From an uncultured virus (IMG/VR IMGVR_UViG_3300027780_000008) (Duplodnaviria; Heunggongvirae; Uroviricota; Caudoviricetes), in IMG/VR virus record IMGVR_UViG_3300027780_000008: DNA of 64,000 nucleotides. The stretch is one strand, 5' to 3'. Under the pieces are notes generated by a model. The model was given only the letters and a program-made list of their open reading frames with translations. It had not been told where the DNA came from and made no database searches. Made by a program: the position numbers and the translations under genes. Positions 37,319 to 48,008 of this stretch are shown here, one piece after another. The first letter of the stretch is position 1. Each line of letters opens with the position of its first letter.

Positions 37319-38989
37319 TTATCCAATAGATTCAATTGTAAATTCGCTAAATCCACCATCTTTTGTAATTTCTAATTTTTTATCAAAGTATTCACTAGGT
37401 AATACCGTATGATTAATAACAAATGTATTAAGCCCAATATCTTGAATTGTATTATGAAGTATGTTAACTATATGATGTACACCATCTGAATCAATAGAAG
37501 AAAAGATTTCATCTAAGAATAAAATATTAAGAGATGGAAATCTAACTTTAATCATTTTCATTAATGCCATGATAATTACAAAATCTACTTTTTTCTTTTC
37601 ACCAGTACTTAATGTCTTCGGACTTATCTCTGTTCCTAGATGATGTAATGTACAAAAGAATTTTTCATTAAATCGTATACCAAAAGGAATTCCCATTTCC
37701 CTACCCATTAAAAGAATATGATTATTAAATGATGGAAGAATAGATCTTACTGCTAGATTTTTAATACCATCCTCACCCATTAAATTTTCTAAGATAGTTA
37801 AATAATAATCTTCTCCTTCGCTTTTTAACTTATCTGTTGTCTTTTCTGTTTTACGAGTATTAAAATCTTTTACTAAATGTTTTAAATCAGATGAAGAATC
37901 AGATTCATCTTTATCTGCTAATTCAATTAACTTAGATTTAATATTTTCCATAGAAACTTCTAATTGTCCAGCTTTTACATGAATCTGTCTACCTTTAATT
38001 CTCAAGTCATGTAATTTACTAACAGAATCTTCATAATCTTTTTTGACAATTTTATATTGGCTACTTAATGTTATTAAAGAACCTTCTTTTTCTTTTTTAA
38101 TTTCCAAATGAAAATCAGAAGTCAGTGGTGCAGTACACGTAGGGCATGTTGAATTTTCAAACAATTTTAAATCTTGCTTAATATTAGAAATTTTATTAGT
38201 CAAGGTAGAATGCTCTGATGACTTATCCCTAGATTCTTTATCTAAAGACTCTAGTTTTGTTTTAGTTAATTCAGTAAAGTTATTTAATTTTTTTCGGTTT
38301 TCATTCAATGCAATTAAATCCATCTTTAATTTTTTAACTTTAGAAGCATCTTTTTCTGCTGTTAACAATTCTATTTGTTCTATTTTATCATATACTGAAC
38401 CTATAGATTCATTAAGAGTTCTTATTTCATCTTCATAAGTCCTAATTTCTCCAATAATACCTCTACGCTTTTCTTTTATAGCCTCAGCCATTTCATTAAT
38501 AATAGAAAAACCAAATATCTTATCTATAATTCTTTTCTTATCATAAGGAGACATTGTTATAAATGATTTAAAATCATTAACAGATAAAATAATTACATTC
38601 TTAAAAACATGATAAGGTATTTCATATATCTCTGTTTCTAAAAAATCTTGTAAATTTACTTTACCAGCAACATCATAATCTTCACCATTAATTTTTACAT
38701 TAAATATTCCTGGGTTAATTCCACGTTCTATTTCAATTGCATTACCTTTAGATTCTAGCCAAATCTTTCCATACAGTGCACCATTAACTCTATTTGGTAA
38801 ATCTTTTAAAGAACTACCTTCTACTTTACCATAACATAAGTATGTAATTACCTTTGCCAAAGTACTCTTACCAGCCCCATTACCACCTAAGACTAAATAT
38901 AAATTACTTTTTTCTTTTTCAAAGTCTATTACTTGCAATCTGTTACCATAACTTGCAAAATTCTTAAACTCTACTTTTTTAATCTTCAT
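37319..38989 (-). CDS. gp46: Recombination endonuclease ATPase subunit (Rad50/SbcC-like)
   Basis: FKNFASYGN, GGNGAGKST, CPTC zinc hook, LSTGEKK, LFLDEIFSSID. Confidence 0.95.
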   Translation of the reverse strand: MKIKKVEFKNFASYGNRLQVIDFEKEKSNLYLVLGGNGAGKSTLAKVITYLCYGKVEGSSLKDLPNRVNGALYGKIWLESKGNAIEIERGINPGIFNVKINGEDYDVAGKVNLQDFLETEIYEIPYHVFKNVIILSVNDFKSFITMSPYDKKRIIDKIFGFSIINEMAEAIKEKRRGIIGEIRTYEDEIRTLNESIGSVYDKIEQIELLTAEKDASKVKKLKMDLIALNENRKKLNNFTELTKTKLESLDKESRDKSSEHSTLTNKISNIKQDLKLFENSTCPTCTAPLTSDFHLEIKKEKEGSLITLSSQYKIVKKDYEDSVSKLHDLRIKGRQIHVKAGQLEVSMENIKSKLIELADKDESDSSSDLKHLVKDFNTRKTEKTTDKLKSEGEDYYLTILENLMGEDGIKNLAVRSILPSFNNHILLMGREMGIPFGIRFNEKFFCTLHHLGTEISPKTLSTGEKKKVDFVIIMALMKMIKVRFPSLNILFLDEIFSSIDSDGVHHIVNILHNTIQDIGLNTFVINHTVLPSEYFDKKLEITKDGGFSEFTIESIG

Positions 38990-40067
38990 AGTTAGGAGAT
39001 AACGTTCTTTTATATAATTCTTGTACTGATACTTTTAGTCTTTCTTTTAAATCATTATCATAATCTAAAGAATTAATATGCTCTGCTGCTATATTCATTA
39101 AATTTAACTCTCCATTAAAATCTGACATTTCACCATCTTCTCTATCATAAGGATTCTCTTCATCATAAATTCTTGGTTCTAATTTTCTAGCCAAGCCGTC
39201 TAAATAATCCATAAACATATTAATGTTATACTTACCTAATACATTTGATGGTATAAAAATATCAACAAAGTTATTTTTGATTTCATTTTCAATTTCTTCC
39301 ATTCTCATTTCCAAAATTTCATTAATATAATATCTAATAAAAACAGGGCTTATATGATTCTCAAAAAATGTATGATTACCTGATTCTAAATCTAATAAGT
39401 AAATTCCTTTTTGATTATCCCTATCTGATCTTGTCATTTGATATGGATTACCGACTAATACAAAATTTTCTTTGTCTTGTCTATAATGAATATGTCCTGA
39501 GTATACTCTCTTAAATCTTTTAAAGATAGTTACTTCATTTCCACTATCATGTAAATGCTTTGTACTTGGACTAGTTTGAACACCACGCGTTTCAGTATGA
39601 CAAAACATATAATCAATATTATCCTTAATATTATCTAAGGTTTCTTGTTCATGTTCATGATTTCTTCTCCATGGCATTAATAAACAAGTTGCATTTTTAT
39701 ATTTTAAAACTTTAGGTTCTTTTAATACAGTTACATTAGGAAGATATTTAAGACAATCAACAGATGATATTTCATTTGAATTCTTTCTCATTATATCATG
39801 ATTACCAACAATGATATGAATATCTGGAAATATCTTTCCTAATTCTTCAAATATTCTAATTGCTAAATCCTGTGCTGCTAGATTTACACTTTGTCTGTTA
39901 TCAAATACATCTCCTAAATGATAAAGAACATCACCTTCTTTATATTCTTTCTTAACTAATGGAATAAAAAATTTAAAAAAATAATCTTCAATAATTTGGA
40001 GCCACAAAACAGAGTTTGATCTACAGCCTAAGTGCGAATCGGACACCATCCATATTCTCTTTGCCAT
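38979..40067 (-). CDS. gp47: Recombination endonuclease nuclease subunit (Mre11/SbcD-like)
   Basis: SDSHLG, LGDVFDNR, VGNHD, YSGHIH, GNPYQ. Confidence 0.95.
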   Translation of the reverse strand: MAKRIWMVSDSHLGCRSNSVLWLQIIEDYFFKFFIPLVKKEYKEGDVLYHLGDVFDNRQSVNLAAQDLAIRIFEELGKIFPDIHIIVGNHDIMRKNSNEISSVDCLKYLPNVTVLKEPKVLKYKNATCLLMPWRRNHEHEQETLDNIKDNIDYMFCHTETRGVQTSPSTKHLHDSGNEVTIFKRFKRVYSGHIHYRQDKENFVLVGNPYQMTRSDRDNQKGIYLLDLESGNHTFFENHISPVFIRYYINEILEMRMEEIENEIKNNFVDIFIPSNVLGKYNINMFMDYLDGLARKLEPRIYDEENPYDREDGEMSDFNGELNLMNIAAEHINSLDYDNDLKERLKVSVQELYKRTLSPNYED

Positions 40068-40068
40068 A

Positions 40069-40563
40069 TTAAAATAATTTTCTGATTTTTCTTTTTTCTA
40101 GGATATTATATTTTTTATCTAATTCATTAATTAATTCATCCTTAAATTTATTTGACAACGAATTATAGAATTTATTTGGAAATACATCAAAATAATCTGA
40201 AAGAACACTAAATAAATCTATTCTTGTATATGAAGAACCTGTTTTTTCTATAAGATAAAAGAATACCTTATTAATTTGTACTTTATTTAATTTTTTAATA
40301 ACACCATCTGGGGTTGCTTCATTAAGATGTTCAAATTCACTACCTTTAATTAACGCATCAACGCGTTCAAATAAAGAATCATAGTGTTGCTTATCATCAG
40401 GATCCATTCCATCTAACCAAGATGCAGAAACTGTAAAGTTTATTTTACCTTGAGATAAATCTTGTTCACCGTATGTATTATTAAATATTTTATCTTTTTC
40501 AACATGGCCTGATTTTTTATCATCCTCACCTTTAGTTAAAACCTTTTTCTTTTTTCCCCACAT
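40069..40563 (-). CDS. Putative late transcription co-activator (gp33-like)
   Basis: C-terminal pattern ID-x10-V-x8-LS-x3-KDEL-x2-E-x5-NIL-x6-KLF parallels gp33 of T4-like phages (from memory, no search run). Confidence 0.45.
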   Translation of the reverse strand: MWGKKKKVLTKGEDDKKSGHVEKDKIFNNTYGEQDLSQGKINFTVSASWLDGMDPDDKQHYDSLFERVDALIKGSEFEHLNEATPDGVIKKLNKVQINKVFFYLIEKTGSSYTRIDLFSVLSDYFDVFPNKFYNSLSNKFKDELINELDKKYNILEKRKIRKLF

Positions 40564-40582
40564 ATTGTTTTATTTTATTTTA

Positions 40583-41869
40583 TTATGCTGATATATCATC
40601 AGTTTCAGTTAATCTCATATGTTCATAATCAATATCAAATCTACATCGAGATCCTTTACCTTGACCATCTCTAATTTTTAAAACCTTTAACCAATATTCT
40701 CGCTCAGCGTGCATTACAGAATCTTGTATTAATGCATACATTACATCAGCAGTATGCGCAAGACCTGCAGATTCAGCAATGTTTTCCATTCGTACTTCAG
40801 TTGCATCCCACGCGCCACGATTAATTTGTGTTGCTGATATAACTAACATATCCCTTTTAACTGCCAATGCCCTAAGATCCTCTGCTATTTGTTTAATCTT
40901 CATATAAGTATTCTCAGTATTAGGATTTCTATAATTTGCAAGAATATTAATATAATCTACAACTAATACATTTACCTTATGATCTTGATTTTCTTCTAAA
41001 TCTTTTAAGTATGCTTCTATGTCTGGTATAGTACCTTGTGATGTTGGATATTCTTTAACAAATAATTTTCCTGGTGGTAATAAACCTCGAGATACTTTTT
41101 CTAATCTTCTTTTCATGTAATCTCTATTATTTGAATTTTTATCATATTCACTCATTGGAATATGTAAAAGATTAGATCCTATTCTTTTTAATACCTTTTG
41201 TGCTGACATCTCTGCTGTTATAAAAACTACATTATGACCCATCCTTACAAAATTAGCTGCATCGTTTGCTAACCAAATTGATTTACCAATATTTTGTTCT
41301 CCTGCATAAACAATTAATGATTTAGTATCATAACCTCCACCAGATACTCTATCAACAAAACTCCATCCTGTTTCTATTTTCTTTGATGTTCTTTGTATGT
41401 GAGATTCAGGATTAAAGAAATCTAAACCTACATCAGTATCAAAATTAATTGAACCATCAGTAGATATCATGCCTATTGCACGCTGTACTACATCCTCTAC
41501 ATTTTCTGGAGAAACGTCTTGAGTTTTTACGTATTCAATTGTTCTTACTAATTGTTTATCAAAATGTTTCCACTTAACCCATGCTTCACCGGTTCTCTTT
41601 AACCAATCCTGATCATACTCCTTAATATTAATATCATAAACAGAGTTTACAATATCACCAGAAATTTCATTAGGATCATCTTTAACTAAAGCATTCATCT
41701 GTTGTTTAGATGGGCTTTCACCAAACTTTAAATAAAAATCTTTTGATAACTTTGCAATTTGATCTAAATCTCTATTTGCAAAAAAACCATTACTTGTCCC
41801 TTTTAAGTAATGTGGCTTTGTTAAAAAATAGTTAAAGAAAATCTTTTCGTGATCTATGCTTGATTTCAT
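40583..41869 (-). CDS. gp41: Replicative DnaB-like helicase
   Basis: GEQNIGKS, FITAEM, VKEYPT, VVDYINIL, IAEDLRALA, SATQINR, AESAGL. Confidence 0.95.
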   Translation of the reverse strand: MKSSIDHEKIFFNYFLTKPHYLKGTSNGFFANRDLDQIAKLSKDFYLKFGESPSKQQMNALVKDDPNEISGDIVNSVYDINIKEYDQDWLKRTGEAWVKWKHFDKQLVRTIEYVKTQDVSPENVEDVVQRAIGMISTDGSINFDTDVGLDFFNPESHIQRTSKKIETGWSFVDRVSGGGYDTKSLIVYAGEQNIGKSIWLANDAANFVRMGHNVVFITAEMSAQKVLKRIGSNLLHIPMSEYDKNSNNRDYMKRRLEKVSRGLLPPGKLFVKEYPTSQGTIPDIEAYLKDLEENQDHKVNVLVVDYINILANYRNPNTENTYMKIKQIAEDLRALAVKRDMLVISATQINRGAWDATEVRMENIAESAGLAHTADVMYALIQDSVMHAEREYWLKVLKIRDGQGKGSRCRFDIDYEHMRLTETDDISA

Positions 41870-41907
41870 GTATTTTTATTTTTATATGCTAAAAAACATA
41901 ATTAGTT

Positions 41908-42207
41908 TTATTCGTACGGATTATAAATTACTTCATATGTAGTATATGCAGAATTTTGTAATGAAATATTAACAATCTTATGTTTAAGCAATGTAGTTAA
42001 AATAATATTACACTGTTCCTTTGTAAGACTCCATCTTTTTGCCATAGAGATATCTGTAAATTTAATCTCCTTTGCAACCTTAGCACAGTAATCACGTATT
42101 AATTCAAAAATAACATCTTCTGCATCAGGATATGAATGCAACGTGGTATGATTTCCTAATACGTACTTTACCTTAAGCTTTGCCGTATTAAGAGTTTTCG
42201 GTAACAT
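41908..42207 (-). CDS. Hypothetical protein, possible winged helix
   Basis: 99-aa ORF between uvsX and gp41. Confidence 0.5.
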   Translation of the reverse strand: MLPKTLNTAKLKVKYVLGNHTTLHSYPDAEDVIFELIRDYCAKVAKEIKFTDISMAKRWSLTKEQCNIILTTLLKHKIVNISLQNSAYTTYEVIYNPYE

Positions 42208-43396
42208 CGTCTACTGTTGTTTCAGTAATTATATCGGATAATTCCTCTTGCTCCAATTCATCACCATAAGTAAATTTTGCTGCTACTGTTGGTTCTAATA
42301 ATTTTAATACATCATCAGTTAAAACTTGAGGGGTATATAATTGATTAAGATCAACTGCATCATTTAAATGTTTTACACAAATTTTACGTGCGGTTGGTGA
42401 TGGCTGAAAATATACAGTAATATCTTTACCTTCTTTTTTAAATTTATGAATTCTGCATTCTGCTTTACCTGGATCTGGTAATTTACCAAATGCACCTTCA
42501 GTAATAAACCTACCTCTTTCAATACCACAGATATCCCAGCCAATGTATTCTTCTAAACCTACATAAGGATTCATACCTTTATTAAAAGATATATGAAACT
42601 TAATTGGTGTTGGTTTTGCAAAACGATTCTTATTTGGTTTAGCTGTTACAATAATTCCAGTTTGTTCTATACCTTCTTTAAGTTTTGCTTTACCTAAGAA
42701 AAGAATAATTGATGCTGCATATTCTGGACCAGTTCCACCACCACCTACTTGTCTTGAAAATAGATCTTGTGTTTGGTATGTATGATTTGTAAATAAGAAA
42801 GGTATTTTACATATACCAAATTGAGTCATAATGATTCTAAAGGTAGACTTAAGTAATTTAGCTCTTGTCATATCAGCTTTACTACTTCCTGTTTTTGCAT
42901 CATCGATTTCTTTTTGAGTTGCAAGATTACCTGCAGAATCTAAGACTACCATGATTTTTGGTAATTTTATACCTTTTTTCTTTTGTTCTATTAATACATC
43001 AGTAATAGCAGTTACTGAACTTCTAAATTCTTGAACAGTATTACATGGTTCATATCTGAATGTTTTAGGATCAATTCCAAATTTTTCTACTAATGATTTA
43101 TCTACAGCATTTTCAGAATCATAAAATACAATACTGTATCCTTGTTTTTGTGCTTGTTTAATTGCATTAAGAATAAGATAAGTTTTACCAGTACCTGATG
43201 GTCCTGCTAATGCAACTGCTCTGTTATTTGGATAACCACCAAACAAAGATCCAGTTAAACATGCATTAAGATGAAAATTCCCAGTTGGAATATAATGATC
43301 AATTTCTGAGATTGTTGATTTGTCTAAAGTTTCTCCGTATTCGGATATCTTTGACATTTCCTTGTTTAAATCTGCGAATGAAAATTCTTTTGCCAT
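42188..43396 (-). CDS. uvsX: RecA-like recombinase UvsX
   Basis: AGPSGTGKT, FYDSE, VLDSAGNL, ADMTRAK, FTNHTY, GGGTGPEYAAS. Confidence 0.95.
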   Translation of the reverse strand: MAKEFSFADLNKEMSKISEYGETLDKSTISEIDHYIPTGNFHLNACLTGSLFGGYPNNRAVALAGPSGTGKTYLILNAIKQAQKQGYSIVFYDSENAVDKSLVEKFGIDPKTFRYEPCNTVQEFRSSVTAITDVLIEQKKKGIKLPKIMVVLDSAGNLATQKEIDDAKTGSSKADMTRAKLLKSTFRIIMTQFGICKIPFLFTNHTYQTQDLFSRQVGGGGTGPEYAASIILFLGKAKLKEGIEQTGIIVTAKPNKNRFAKPTPIKFHISFNKGMNPYVGLEEYIGWDICGIERGRFITEGAFGKLPDPGKAECRIHKFKKEGKDITVYFQPSPTARKICVKHLNDAVDLNQLYTPQVLTDDVLKLLEPTVAAKFTYGDELEQEELSDIITETTVDDVTENS

Positions 43397-43442
43397 ATTA
43401 GTTTTTGTTTATTATTATATTGTTTTTTTTCTTTTTGTTTAC

Positions 43443-44567
43443 TTAGAATAAGCTTGTAGTATAGATCAAGTTTCGATTAAATCCTTTAAATCCCATTGCT
43501 GTTACTACACGATTTATTGGATCTAATATTGTTTTTTCAAATTGTCTATCATGATCGATCTGTGGTGCAAACTCATAAGGATATTCTCCTGGAGCAAACG
43601 CAAATACCTCACATGATTTATCAGTTGAAAAATACATTTTACATTTTTCACCATTTCCTAAAGGTTGATATTTACCTTTAGATGTAGAATTGTTTAATAA
43701 GTAATTATGATAACCTGCAGATCTTACGCCGATTGGGCATCTTGATGCAAATTCAAAAGTTTCATAATCATTAACAATATACTTTTGATAATTATTTACT
43801 TTTCTTGAGAAACATATTTGATCTACATTTGCTAATTTAAATTGCCTTTTAATATCTTTAAGTAATGAAGCAAAATCTTTCATATCTAGTTTTTCAACAG
43901 AAAAGATGTATGTTAATAGCTCTTTTAGTTTTTCTCTAGCAAATATTGGAGTTGAAGATTGAATAATTTCAAATCCTTTAGAACTAATTTTAGATAAATC
44001 TTCATAATGAATATCTGGATCTTTCCATACAATATTTTGCATGTACTTTTTCTTTGCTAACCATATTGCATTTTTAGCAATACTTTCTAGTTCAAAAGAC
44101 AAGAAGTTTTCAGAATTATTGTCATCTGCGTATCTTTGGAGAATCTTTTCTAAATAACCATTTACTCTAACTTTATATAACTTTAAAATAAATTCTTTAT
44201 CATCTCCGTCAAAACCTTCTGATTTTGCTATTACTTCATCAAACTTAACATAAACTGAATCTGTATCGATATAAATACCTACTGGGTTTTCTATTCTACC
44301 AGTTACAGTAATTCCCATTTCTTTATGAGCAGCAAGATCTTTGTGCCAATATTGACTGAAGTATCTATTTAACAATTCCTCGGTATAAAGAATTGCATCT
44401 TTACCTTGTAATGTTATTGTTTCTGCAATGTCTATATTAAAGAAATAGAAATAAGGATTACCGAATGCACCATAAATAGAGTTAAGCATTAACTTAACAG
44501 CTTGTTCATAATTGTAAAACTTACTAGCTTCTTTGTTTATTTGTTGTAACTCAGTTAGTTCATTCAT
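43443..44567 (-). CDS. gp43: Family B DNA polymerase, C-terminal half (distal fingers, palm, thumb)
   Basis: Motif B KLMLNSIYGAFGN, motif C IYIDTDSVY, KKKY, KGFEII.SSTP. Confidence 0.93.
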   Translation of the reverse strand: MNELTELQQINKEASKFYNYEQAVKLMLNSIYGAFGNPYFYFFNIDIAETITLQGKDAILYTEELLNRYFSQYWHKDLAAHKEMGITVTGRIENPVGIYIDTDSVYVKFDEVIAKSEGFDGDDKEFILKLYKVRVNGYLEKILQRYADDNNSENFLSFELESIAKNAIWLAKKKYMQNIVWKDPDIHYEDLSKISSKGFEIIQSSTPIFAREKLKELLTYIFSVEKLDMKDFASLLKDIKRQFKLANVDQICFSRKVNNYQKYIVNDYETFEFASRCPIGVRSAGYHNYLLNNSTSKGKYQPLGNGEKCKMYFSTDKSCEVFAFAPGEYPYEFAPQIDHDRQFEKTILDPINRVVTAMGFKGFNRNLIYTTSLF

Positions 44568-44818
44568 TATGATAAGAGTAGAAGTTCTGCTGATATGACT
44601 GCGAATTCTTCATCAATTACTAGATTACTCATTTCTCCAAAGACAAGAACTGTTTTTGAATTATCAAATAAACCTGTAACAGGATTAAAATATTCAACTG
44701 CAAATTGAACTAAAGATTGTTGATAAGTAACAGTAGTTTCTATAAATTCTATAGTTTCTGTTCCGTTCTTGGTTATTACATTTGGCTTTAAGCCAGGTTT
44801 TGAGATAAATGTTGCCAT
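44567..44818 (-). CDS. Hypothetical protein
   Basis: 83-aa ORF coupled (TAATG) to the polymerase C-half; class-M promoter upstream. Confidence 0.55.
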   Translation of the reverse strand: MATFISKPGLKPNVITKNGTETIEFIETTVTYQQSLVQFAVEYFNPVTGLFDNSKTVLVFGEMSNLVIDEEFAVISAELLLLS

Positions 44819-44864
44819 AGATTATATTTTATTTTTATATAGCTAAAAAGATAAAAAGTTTAAG

Positions 44865-44895
44865 AAAAAAGGCGCCTCGATTAAGAAGCGCCTTT
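44865..44895 (-). terminator. Intrinsic terminator after the sliding clamp gene
   Basis: aaaggcgc/gcgccttt stem with a U run on the minus strand. Confidence 0.7.
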
Positions 44896-44918
44896 GTTTT
44901 AATTAAGGATAGTGTTAA

Positions 44919-45668
44919 TTAATCCTCGTCAGTAATTGCAACAGCAACAGTTAAGTGAGTATTAGTATCTAAAGATCTAAACACAACTTTATTACTACAA
45001 ACTACAACCTTATAATTTTCTTTATCTAAAAGATTAATATATTTTTTGTAGATTACAACCTTTTCTCCTACTGCATTGTCTCCTTCGTATGAATGCGCTA
45101 GAGTAGCATCGTATGATGGCCCTTGAACAGCAACACCTTTATCTGTTACAGCTAATGTAAATGTATCTTCTTCTCTTTCCAAGTTAAATAAAGATTTCAT
45201 TTTATCTACATGAGTTGTAAGAAGATCAAATTGAAATATACTTCCTTCAACACTAAATGCACGATCTGTTTCATCTTTACTCATTTCCATAAAAGATAAA
45301 GATGGATCTGCACATGCTAAATTGATCTTAAGATCAGAATTCTCAATAGTAAAATCACTTGCCATTAATTCTCCATCAATTTCAGAATATTTAATCTTTC
45401 CTTGAATATCACCATTGAAATGAGATAATGCATCTATAACTTTTGTACCATTGTAAAAACTTACCTTTACTGAATCTGTAATATCTGTATCAAAAATATC
45501 AGATGTTGGTGTTGATACAAGTTTTACTGCGTCCCTCTCAGGAAAGTATACAGATGAAACCGTTCCTTCTTGACCAATCTTCATAAATATGAATTTATCA
45601 ATTGGTAAGAGTTTTTTGACGAAGGTACTTAATTCGTAGCCATCGATCTTTTTAATTTTTGCTTCCAT
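44919..45668 (-). CDS. gp45: Sliding clamp (gp45-like)
   Basis: 249 aa, acidic, two-domain clamp-like pattern (CADPSL linker, NLL..ENYKV); replication gene context. Confidence 0.7.
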   Translation of the reverse strand: MEAKIKKIDGYELSTFVKKLLPIDKFIFMKIGQEGTVSSVYFPERDAVKLVSTPTSDIFDTDITDSVKVSFYNGTKVIDALSHFNGDIQGKIKYSEIDGELMASDFTIENSDLKINLACADPSLSFMEMSKDETDRAFSVEGSIFQFDLLTTHVDKMKSLFNLEREEDTFTLAVTDKGVAVQGPSYDATLAHSYEGDNAVGEKVVIYKKYINLLDKENYKVVVCSNKVVFRSLDTNTHLTVAVAITDED

Positions 45669-45715
45669 TAATTTTTGTATTTGTTTATTATTATATGTAA
45701 AAATTTAATTTAGTT

Positions 45716-46984
45716 TTAAAAAGTACTATTAACTTTATACTTTTTCTTTGGTGTTGCGCCAAGTTCTTCAGTTACTAATATTTTATGAGTAGTATTATCT
45801 TGCTTCATGAATTTAAAGTTTGTCATTTTAGCATTACCTTCACAAAACTTCTTAACCTCAACTGCCATATCCATTGCAGTAGTTGCTGGTACATTTTGAG
45901 CAATATGATTAACTTGCCTTGCATCTTTAATACCAAAGTCCAATGGTAATCCCATAAGATGTAACATTTCTCTAATATTTAAATACCTATTTTCCGTTGG
46001 GTGTACACCATTAAACATATTTCTACCAATAAGAGCTGAAAAGCTTTCATTAAAGAAGTGTGGAGATGCATCCCAATAACCCATCCCTTGGCCTGTTTTA
46101 AATTTTTGATGTTCTAACATATCACTAAAGGATTTTGTTGATTTTTTATTAGAAAAACCTTGCTTATGATATTTCTTATCTAACCATTGTATACATTCAT
46201 CCAATAATTCATTCTTTTCTAAGTATTGTGCAATTGTACCTTTACCAAATTTCTTAGCAAAATCAGCATGATTTAATCCTTCTTTTTCTAAAACAAATTC
46301 ATAAGGTTTATAATGATCAGTTACTTTACCCTCAACCATAAACATATCTTGTAATGTTGCATCTTCTGGTACTTCTGCAAGATAATCTATAAGATGTTTC
46401 TTTTCTCTAAACTTCCATCCTAGCATAGGTACTGTTGGAGTATTCCAAAAGAAATAAAATGTTCTTATTCTTCTTTGTGGTATTCCATGCAATTCAGTAT
46501 TAGTTTTAATTAAAGAAAAACTATAACCATATTTTTCACCGATAGCTTTAAGGTTATCAACTACACCTTCTCCCATTTTAGTAAAAAGCCCTGGTGCATT
46601 TTCTCCCCATAATACTTTAGGTTTAACATTCTCTAAAACATATTCTGCTGAATTATACATCCATTGATTTTGGACTGCGTCAGATCCTCTAGATGATGCA
46701 CTACCACTAGCAGAATTTAATTGTGACAAACCTGCACAAGGGCAAACAGAATTTACAAAATCTACTTGTTCAAATGTTTTATTAGGAATATCTAATTCTT
46801 CATGGTCTATTCTATACATAGGTACATCTGGCCAATAATCTTCTATATGACTTTCATTTGCTGCAAATGCTTCATAGCTTAAATGAAATGCTGGTAAATT
46901 ACCTGTTGCTTTATTACAACCTATTGCACTACCTCCAATTAATGGAATCATAGTACCCCATTTTAATTCTTTTTCTTTGCTCAT
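45716..46984 (-). CDS. DNA cytosine-C5 methyltransferase-fold protein (divergent)
   Basis: Motif IV CPCAGLS, motif VI ENAPGL, motif VIII PQRRIR, motif IX HPTENRYLNIRE..HLMGLP; atypical motifs I and X. Confidence 0.85.
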   Translation of the reverse strand: MSKEKELKWGTMIPLIGGSAIGCNKATGNLPAFHLSYEAFAANESHIEDYWPDVPMYRIDHEELDIPNKTFEQVDFVNSVCPCAGLSQLNSASGSASSRGSDAVQNQWMYNSAEYVLENVKPKVLWGENAPGLFTKMGEGVVDNLKAIGEKYGYSFSLIKTNTELHGIPQRRIRTFYFFWNTPTVPMLGWKFREKKHLIDYLAEVPEDATLQDMFMVEGKVTDHYKPYEFVLEKEGLNHADFAKKFGKGTIAQYLEKNELLDECIQWLDKKYHKQGFSNKKSTKSFSDMLEHQKFKTGQGMGYWDASPHFFNESFSALIGRNMFNGVHPTENRYLNIREMLHLMGLPLDFGIKDARQVNHIAQNVPATTAMDMAVEVKKFCEGNAKMTNFKFMKQDNTTHKILVTEELGATPKKKYKVNSTF

Positions 46985-48000
46985 ATTTTTACTTTTTCAA
47001 TTTCTAAATCTTCCATAAATGTGGAAGGGTTAATATTACCTTCGTTTACTTCATTTTCTAAATACACTATTGTTTCCTTTATTGTATCAGTTATATCTTT
47101 CTTAGGCTCCCATCCCATAGATTTTGCCTTTGAGATATCACCATAAGAATTTAATGCTTCCCCAGCTATAGCATCATAATGATCAAAATCAGTTGTTACA
47201 CCCATTATGTCTGCAATCATATCTTTAAGATCCATTAGGTTAGTCATTTTACCAGTTCCTAAATTAAATGTTTGGTTTGCAGTATCTTCATTTTCCATAC
47301 AAAGGATATGAAATGCATTAACATCTGATACATCAATATAATCTCTAGCTTTCATATAATCTCCAAAGACAATAGGATTACGTTCTCCCATTATTCTTAA
47401 TATAAAACCAGCAAATACTGGAGGTATAGTTCTTTCATAATCTTGTAAAGGTCCTGCTACATTGAAGTATCTCAGTGCAGTATAATTCAATCCTTTTGTT
47501 CTACTATAAGATTCTGCTAATAGAGCAAGACATGCTTTTGTAGTAGAATAAATTGTAGTAGGATCTGATTGAGTTTCATTAAATCCAGCTTTAGGCATTT
47601 TGCAATTTTCATATACAGCTGAAGTTTCACTAAAGATAATTCTTTTTACATTTGCTTTAATACAACCATTCATTACATTTATACTTCCTAAGATATTGTT
47701 ATCTACTGCTTCGTATACATTTTCATGGCAGTCATAAATAGAAACTAAACCTGCAAAATGATAAACATAGTCAGGTGCAAATTTTTCAATAATAGTTTCT
47801 ACATATTGATTTCTAATATCAACTTTATGAAAATTTGTTATTTTATCATGTACCTTAGGTATATATGTTCCATGCTCCATATTATCAATAATAGCAATAC
47901 ATTCGGCATCATGTCCTCGATTTAATAAATCATTGATGAAATTTGTTCCAACAAACCCAGCACCACCAGTGACTAGGATTTTTGTGTTTGAATTATACAT
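46981..48000 (-). CDS. NAD-dependent nucleotide-sugar epimerase/dehydratase
   Basis: VTGGAGFVG, YSTTK (YxxxK), LRYFNVAGP, RDYIDVSDV, FNLGTG. Confidence 0.93.
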   Translation of the reverse strand: MYNSNTKILVTGGAGFVGTNFINDLLNRGHDAECIAIIDNMEHGTYIPKVHDKITNFHKVDIRNQYVETIIEKFAPDYVYHFAGLVSIYDCHENVYEAVDNNILGSINVMNGCIKANVKRIIFSETSAVYENCKMPKAGFNETQSDPTTIYSTTKACLALLAESYSRTKGLNYTALRYFNVAGPLQDYERTIPPVFAGFILRIMGERNPIVFGDYMKARDYIDVSDVNAFHILCMENEDTANQTFNLGTGKMTNLMDLKDMIADIMGVTTDFDHYDAIAGEALNSYGDISKAKSMGWEPKKDITDTIKETIVYLENEVNEGNINPSTFMEDLEIEKVKI

Positions 48001-48008
48001 AGTTTATT

